From assembly GCA_018812625.1 (NCBI GenBank), contig JAHJDH010000033.1, forward strand, positions 3,622 to 67,621: a DNA stretch of 64,000 nt, written 5' to 3'. The translations under genes were made by a program, and so were the position numbers. The DNA is from Candidatus Micrarchaeota archaeon (GTDB taxonomy: Archaea; Micrarchaeota; Micrarchaeia; Anstonellales; Bilamarchaeaceae). The notes under the pieces are model-generated. The model made no database searches. It was not told the DNA's origin and saw only the letters and a list, made by a program, of their open reading frames with translations. Below, piece by piece: positions 59,665-64,000 of the stretch (its first letter is position 1; each line of letters begins with the position of its first letter).

Positions 59665-62027
59665 CTCTTCAGAACATAAATACTGCCAAGTATGACTGTC
59701 AGGATACTTATGCCCATTCCCATCTCAAATGAATCCTGGGAAGCGTATCTCATAGTGATCTCAAGCTCTCCAGTCTCATCTATCCAGTACCCATTCATCT
59801 GTCCGTATAATTTAATCGGCTTTATCACTTTGCCATTCATTCTAAGCTCCCAAAACTTTGAATATTTTTCCGCAAATCCAAGAAGGAATGGCTTTGACGA
59901 ATCAATTTTTACTGTCCAAAGTGTTGGGTTTATTCTTTCATACTCAATTATCCTGGCAATGCCAGTATTGTTTTGGAACTCTGGTTTTTCAGATAGGCTG
60001 ACAAAATCCAAAACAGAATGGTTTCCAATACTGATACTGAGGTTGTATTCTCCTTTTTCTAGCTGTATCTCTCCTCCATCAATATTTGCTAGGGATTCCG
60101 ATTCAAGATTCATGCTCCTATTAGATATGTCAACTTCGAAAGAACCCTTTCCATGTACCACAAGCTCATATGTGCCATTTCGCTCTATCTGAACTGTTCT
60201 TGAGATTATTATTGTTCTATTTGAACTCTCAATATAACTAGTATTTTTTCTATGTTTATTGTAATTAAAATCATATTCTGCTTCGAATAGGAAAATGGAA
60301 TATTGACTATCATTAGCTGATTTTGTTTTATCGCTAACTATGAATTTTGTGTGATTTTCTTCACTGGAAGTTATTGCAAAATTCTCTGGTTGGATCTTTA
60401 CAGCAGAATATATCTCTTCATCTGCTGCAAGGACAGTTCCTTCGTAAACTGAAAATGGCATTGTTTCTTTTCCGTCAGTACAAATTACAATGTCCTTATC
60501 AGCTTTACAATCCCAACCTTCATTCTTTGCATCATTGCCGAATCTTAAAATCTGATGAATATTCAATACATCGAGCAATTCATGCGGAGCATCTCTAAGC
60601 TCTTTAATGCTACCATATGTAGAGACCGTTCCTTCAAAATTTGGACGTGTTATCTGTTTTTTCTGGCCAAAAATATCTATTACAGGTACTTCTAAGTCTC
60701 CTCCCAGATAAAATACTACCTTGTTCTCTTTTGGTATCTCATCTATCATTTTCCAGTTTTCATCCAGATATGCTGCTGCATAATTTTCTCTAAGATATAC
60801 TGTACCAGGAGACAAAAGGATATTTACAAGCAGCATTACTAAGAATCCTCCAATCAAGATCTGTTTTTTTGGTCTTTGGATTTTGTTTAATCCGATTGTA
60901 ATTATAACTATCAAAAATGCCGGTATGATGATACTTATCCTTGCCCATTCTCTCATGGGTCCAAGAAGTTGTGCTAACCCAATCCCAGCAATAATATCAA
61001 TCATATATGATAAAATTTCATTATGGTGGCCTCTAGCTAGAAAAATCACGGCAAAAATCCCCATCATGAAAATCACCGATAATTGTTTCTCCTTACTGCC
61101 TAACTTTTGGTATGAAAGAACGAAAATTATGAAGCTGATTGCAAACAATCCAAATCCAGAATATCTAAATAATATATTTCTAAAAATCAAATAATCCGGT
61201 ACCTGCGGCCACCAATTATTTGAAAAAGCAAATAAATTCAGTATCTCTCCATGTTTTGATAGATATTCAAAACTGTCTTTTGTTACTGTTCTTGGGTATC
61301 CCAATTCCAGATCCTTAGCCAGTAAAAATGAGGGGGCATTTAGAAGTACAAAAATTACAAGAGGCACAAAAAAGAATTTTATTGTCTCTTTTTTATCTCT
61401 AAAATATGCATAGATGGTAATGCCAACGTGGAATACTAACATGTACAAAAACGAGTGCGGTAAAAATCCGAACACTCCAAATAACAAACAATACCCAAAC
61501 AGATGAACCATCTTCCTATTAGTCAGATACTGAAGGCCCAATTGGATAAACATAGGAAAAATTGCATATGTGTACCATATCCATATGTGGCTAATTCGCT
61601 CTACTGACCAGAGATTAAGGAAATAAAAAGGTATTAGCAAAATGATCATTATTGCAGACTGTCTATCATTTTTTTCAAAATGTCTTACTAATCGATATAT
61701 CCCAACACTTCCTATTATCATTGAAATCAGGATAAGTGCGCTTGTAAACTGCGCGTCTGAAAATTCAATAAATTCCGAGAGGATGCTCCACCCTCCAAGC
61801 AGCACAAATCTGTTTGTTGTCTGCCTTGTTCCCCCACCAAAAAAAGAGTATATGCTTATGTCCTTTCTTATCTCTCCTGATCCAGAGCCAACAATGGTGT
61901 TGATATCTCCATAAATGATCAAAAGTTCTGAATCCATTATCGGTGCTAGAACTGGATAAAAGTTGTAAATTACAAACATAAGTCCAAGAAAAAAAGCTAT
62001 GTAGCTAGCTTTATTCGAAAGTTGCAC
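59652..62027 (-). CDS. large polytopic membrane protein with an extracytoplasmic C-terminal domain (GT-C-like glycosyltransferase/polymerase candidate)
   Basis: 791 aa with about 12 N-terminal TM helices, a ~380-aa soluble domain and a terminal TM. No WWDYG AglB motif was found. Confidence 0.6.
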   Translation of the reverse strand: MQLSNKASYIAFFLGLMFVIYNFYPVLAPIMDSELLIIYGDINTIVGSGSGEIRKDISIYSFFGGGTRQTTNRFVLLGGWSILSEFIEFSDAQFTSALILISMIIGSVGIYRLVRHFEKNDRQSAIMIILLIPFYFLNLWSVERISHIWIWYTYAIFPMFIQLGLQYLTNRKMVHLFGYCLLFGVFGFLPHSFLYMLVFHVGITIYAYFRDKKETIKFFFVPLVIFVLLNAPSFLLAKDLELGYPRTVTKDSFEYLSKHGEILNLFAFSNNWWPQVPDYLIFRNILFRYSGFGLFAISFIIFVLSYQKLGSKEKQLSVIFMMGIFAVIFLARGHHNEILSYMIDIIAGIGLAQLLGPMREWARISIIIPAFLIVIITIGLNKIQRPKKQILIGGFLVMLLVNILLSPGTVYLRENYAAAYLDENWKMIDEIPKENKVVFYLGGDLEVPVIDIFGQKKQITRPNFEGTVSTYGSIKELRDAPHELLDVLNIHQILRFGNDAKNEGWDCKADKDIVICTDGKETMPFSVYEGTVLAADEEIYSAVKIQPENFAITSSEENHTKFIVSDKTKSANDSQYSIFLFEAEYDFNYNKHRKNTSYIESSNRTIIISRTVQIERNGTYELVVHGKGSFEVDISNRSMNLESESLANIDGGEIQLEKGEYNLSISIGNHSVLDFVSLSEKPEFQNNTGIARIIEYERINPTLWTVKIDSSKPFLLGFAEKYSKFWELRMNGKVIKPIKLYGQMNGYWIDETGELEITMRYASQDSFEMGMGISILTVILGSIYVLKRWDK

Positions 62028-62081
62028 ATCAGACTTCTTACAAATTCTTTTTTTTAAGCTTTAGTTATATATCAGTGTCAC

Positions 62082-63164
62082 ATGAAAATTGCTTTTTTTA
62101 ACTGGCGCGACATCAAAAATCCTTTTGCAGGCGGAGCAGAGGTTTATGTTCATCAGGTTATGAAGCATTTAACAGCACTTGGCCATGACGTTACTTTATT
62201 TACTTCCACTTTTCCAGGATCACCGGAGAAAGAAATTATTGATGGAGTTGTGCACGTTCGTTATGCAGGCAAATATCAGATTTTTTCCAATTCTTACTTT
62301 TGCTATAACAAATATATCAAAGGAAAATTTGATCTGATTGTTGAAAGCATAAATGCAATGCCTTTTTTCACTCCATTATTTGCTAAGGAGAAAGTAATTC
62401 CATTTATCCACCAGCTGACCAGGGAAAATTGGTATTCTGGAATCTGCTTTCCGATTGCTTTTTTTGGGTATCATTCAGAAGATCATCTTCTTCGTTTATA
62501 CAAAAAACTTCCAACAGTTGTTCCATCTGAATCTACCAGGGATGATCTTCGTTCGCTCGGGTTTCAAAATATTTCAGTAATTAAAGGGGCTGCAGATGTG
62601 CTGCCACATAAAGATTCCAAAGAAACCAATCCAACTCTTCTTTACCTTGGAAGACTTACATCATCCAAGCAAGTGGATCACGTTCTTCAAACATTCCGCA
62701 ATGTTCTAAATGATATCCCAAATGCAAAATTATGGATTGCCGGAAGAGGTCCAGAAGAATCCAAACTCAAGAAACTGGCAATTGATCTCAAAATTAATGA
62801 TTCTGTTAAATTTTTTGGATATGTCGATACGAAAAAAAAACCAGAACTTCTATCAAGAGCCCATATCATGCTTTTTCCTGCTGTTCGTGAAGGGTGGGGA
62901 CTTGTTGTTCTTGAAGCAAATGCATGCGGCACCCCGGTGATAGGTTATAATACATATGGGTTGAGAGATAGTATTATTGATGGAGTTAATGGTTTTCTGG
63001 TTGACAATGTCAAGTCCATGTCTGCCAAAGCAATTGAACTGCTCTCTGATACTAATAAAATAAATTCATTGTGCGAAAGTTCTTTGGAACACTCCAAAAA
63101 ATTTAATTGGGAAAAAACAACAGATGAATTTCGTTCTTTATTTGAAAGAGTGATTGCGAAGTGA
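62082..63164 (+). CDS. family 4 (GT-B, Glycos_transf_1) glycosyltransferase
   Basis: FFNWRDIKNPFAGGAEVY.. and the C-terminal FPAVREGWGLVVLEANACGTPVIG (E-x7-E region). Confidence 0.85.
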   Translation: MKIAFFNWRDIKNPFAGGAEVYVHQVMKHLTALGHDVTLFTSTFPGSPEKEIIDGVVHVRYAGKYQIFSNSYFCYNKYIKGKFDLIVESINAMPFFTPLFAKEKVIPFIHQLTRENWYSGICFPIAFFGYHSEDHLLRLYKKLPTVVPSESTRDDLRSLGFQNISVIKGAADVLPHKDSKETNPTLLYLGRLTSSKQVDHVLQTFRNVLNDIPNAKLWIAGRGPEESKLKKLAIDLKINDSVKFFGYVDTKKKPELLSRAHIMLFPAVREGWGLVVLEANACGTPVIGYNTYGLRDSIIDGVNGFLVDNVKSMSAKAIELLSDTNKINSLCESSLEHSKKFNWEKTTDEFRSLFERVIAK

Positions 63165-64000
63165 TTTTTTTGATAAAAAAGATTATAACATTGTCAATAT
63201 ATCTCATACTTTCTCTTCTGATAATATTCCCGATTCTGGGTCCGGGGTATTATCTTACTCTTGATATGCAATGGGGTCCTGAAACCTTTTCTCCTGATCA
63301 TTTTGGTAGCTTGTATGGCGAAGTATCCAACCCATATGGTGCATATCTCCCGTTTGAACTTGTTTTTGCAGCACTTGCTCAATTCGTCTCAGTTGAAGTT
63401 GTTCAAAAGCTATTGCTGTTATTTATCCTTTTTTTCTCTGGAGTTTCTGCTCACTATTCTTTGCCCTCGAAACTCGGAAACAATAGGTTTGTTGCTGGAT
63501 TTTTCTATTTATTGAATTCTTTTGTATTTGTCAGATTTCTTGCAGGGCATTGGAGTGTTCTATTATCATATGCATTTTGGCCATTTGCAATAAAGTACTT
63601 CTATGAATTTCTGGAAAAGCCTGGCGATAGATCTTCATTGGTAAAATGCGCACTTCTAACTTTCATTGCTTCAGTAAGCAGCCATGCACTTGCAATTCTT
63701 CTACTTGCATATGCCATTCTTTTCATTTTATACTATGTCATGAAAACAAAAGAACCTCAATTACTAATCAAAAGAACTGCGGCTCTTGGATTGATTATAG
63801 TTACACTAAACCTTTTCTGGATACTCCCAACCATCTTAACTTTTGATGAAACCTATTCTCTAACCAGCTCATCCTCTGATTATCTTGAAGATTTTGGCGC
63901 CCGTGCTAATGACATGTCTCTTGAACAATCTGTATTTTCGTTACATGGCTTTTGGAGAGGTGGATTTAGGCTTACAAAAGATTTTTTCGACCTTTGGTAT
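63161..64000 (+). CDS. 5' part of a polytopic membrane protein gene running off the window (second GT-C-like candidate)
   Basis: An open frame of 280 codons runs from GTG 63161 (overlapping the GT4 stop, GTGA) to the window end. It has multiple hydrophobic spans. It is absent from the ORF track because no stop codon is reached. Confidence 0.6.
   Translation, partial: MIFLIKKIITLSIYLILSLLIIFPILGPGYYLTLDMQWGPETFSPDHFGSLYGEVSNPYGAYLPFELVFAALAQFVSVEVVQKLLLLFILFFSGVSAHYSLPSKLGNNRFVAGFFYLLNSFVFVRFLAGHWSVLLSYAFWPFAIKYFYEFLEKPGDRSSLVKCALLTFIASVSSHALAILLLAYAILFILYYVMKTKEPQLLIKRTAALGLIIVTLNLFWILPTILTFDETYSLTSSSSDYLEDFGARANDMSLEQSVFSLHGFWRGGFRLTKDFFDLWY

Noticed and set aside
1-64000. CRISPR arrays, rRNA genes and IS/transposase genes.
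   Set aside because: No regularly spaced direct repeats, no rRNA-like conserved segments and no DDE or IS200-type transposase motifs were seen in any frame. The only recombinase is the tyrosine integrase at 34013-34930.

Overview
The window is archaeal and AT-rich, with three parts. The gene set suggests a small-genome uncultivated lineage such as DPANN, but that is an inference. (1) Bases 1-16 kb carry the ribosomal-protein superoperon uL23 to uL15, then SecY, a MiaB-like enzyme, adenylate kinase and SerRS. Three genes below the 60-aa ORF-track cut-off were recovered by hand here and further on: uL29, uS14 and eL40. An antisense DegT-type aminotransferase is wedged between SUI1 and the RNase P protein. 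(2) Bases 16-33 kb are mixed. They hold aEF-2 and uS12-uS7, separated by an accessory block. That block has a 2-hydroxyacid dehydrogenase, an aminotransferase fused to a receiver domain, a candidate structured RNA and a duplicated lipoprotein. The region also has a tandem GXGXG protein, a GNAT plus PaaK-like ligase pair, a Dps-like ferritin, tRNA-Leu and a lone Mre11. (3) Bases 33.8-47.5 kb are a ~13.6-kb integrated element inserted in a two-intron tRNA-Ile(GAU) and bounded by perfect 23-bp direct repeats. It carries a tyrosine integrase and a dense defence cargo. The cargo includes a McrBC-like pair with a PUA-like insert and a DGQHR protein divergent from a Dam-like methylase. The most interesting part is an operon with a small protein, a MORC-like GHKL ATPase, an unknown 250-aa protein and an EVE/NucS-type nuclease, which I cannot assign to a named system. 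GC-rich structured RNA elements and an Avd-like four-helix-bundle gene follow. (4) Bases 49-64 kb are a surface-glycan locus with GT2 and GT4 enzymes, a pyruvyl transferase, a flippase, GT-C-like membrane proteins and three tandem PaaK/F390-synthetase-like ligases. No rRNA, CRISPR array or IS transposase was seen. All family assignments rest on motifs read by eye; no searches or folding programs were run.
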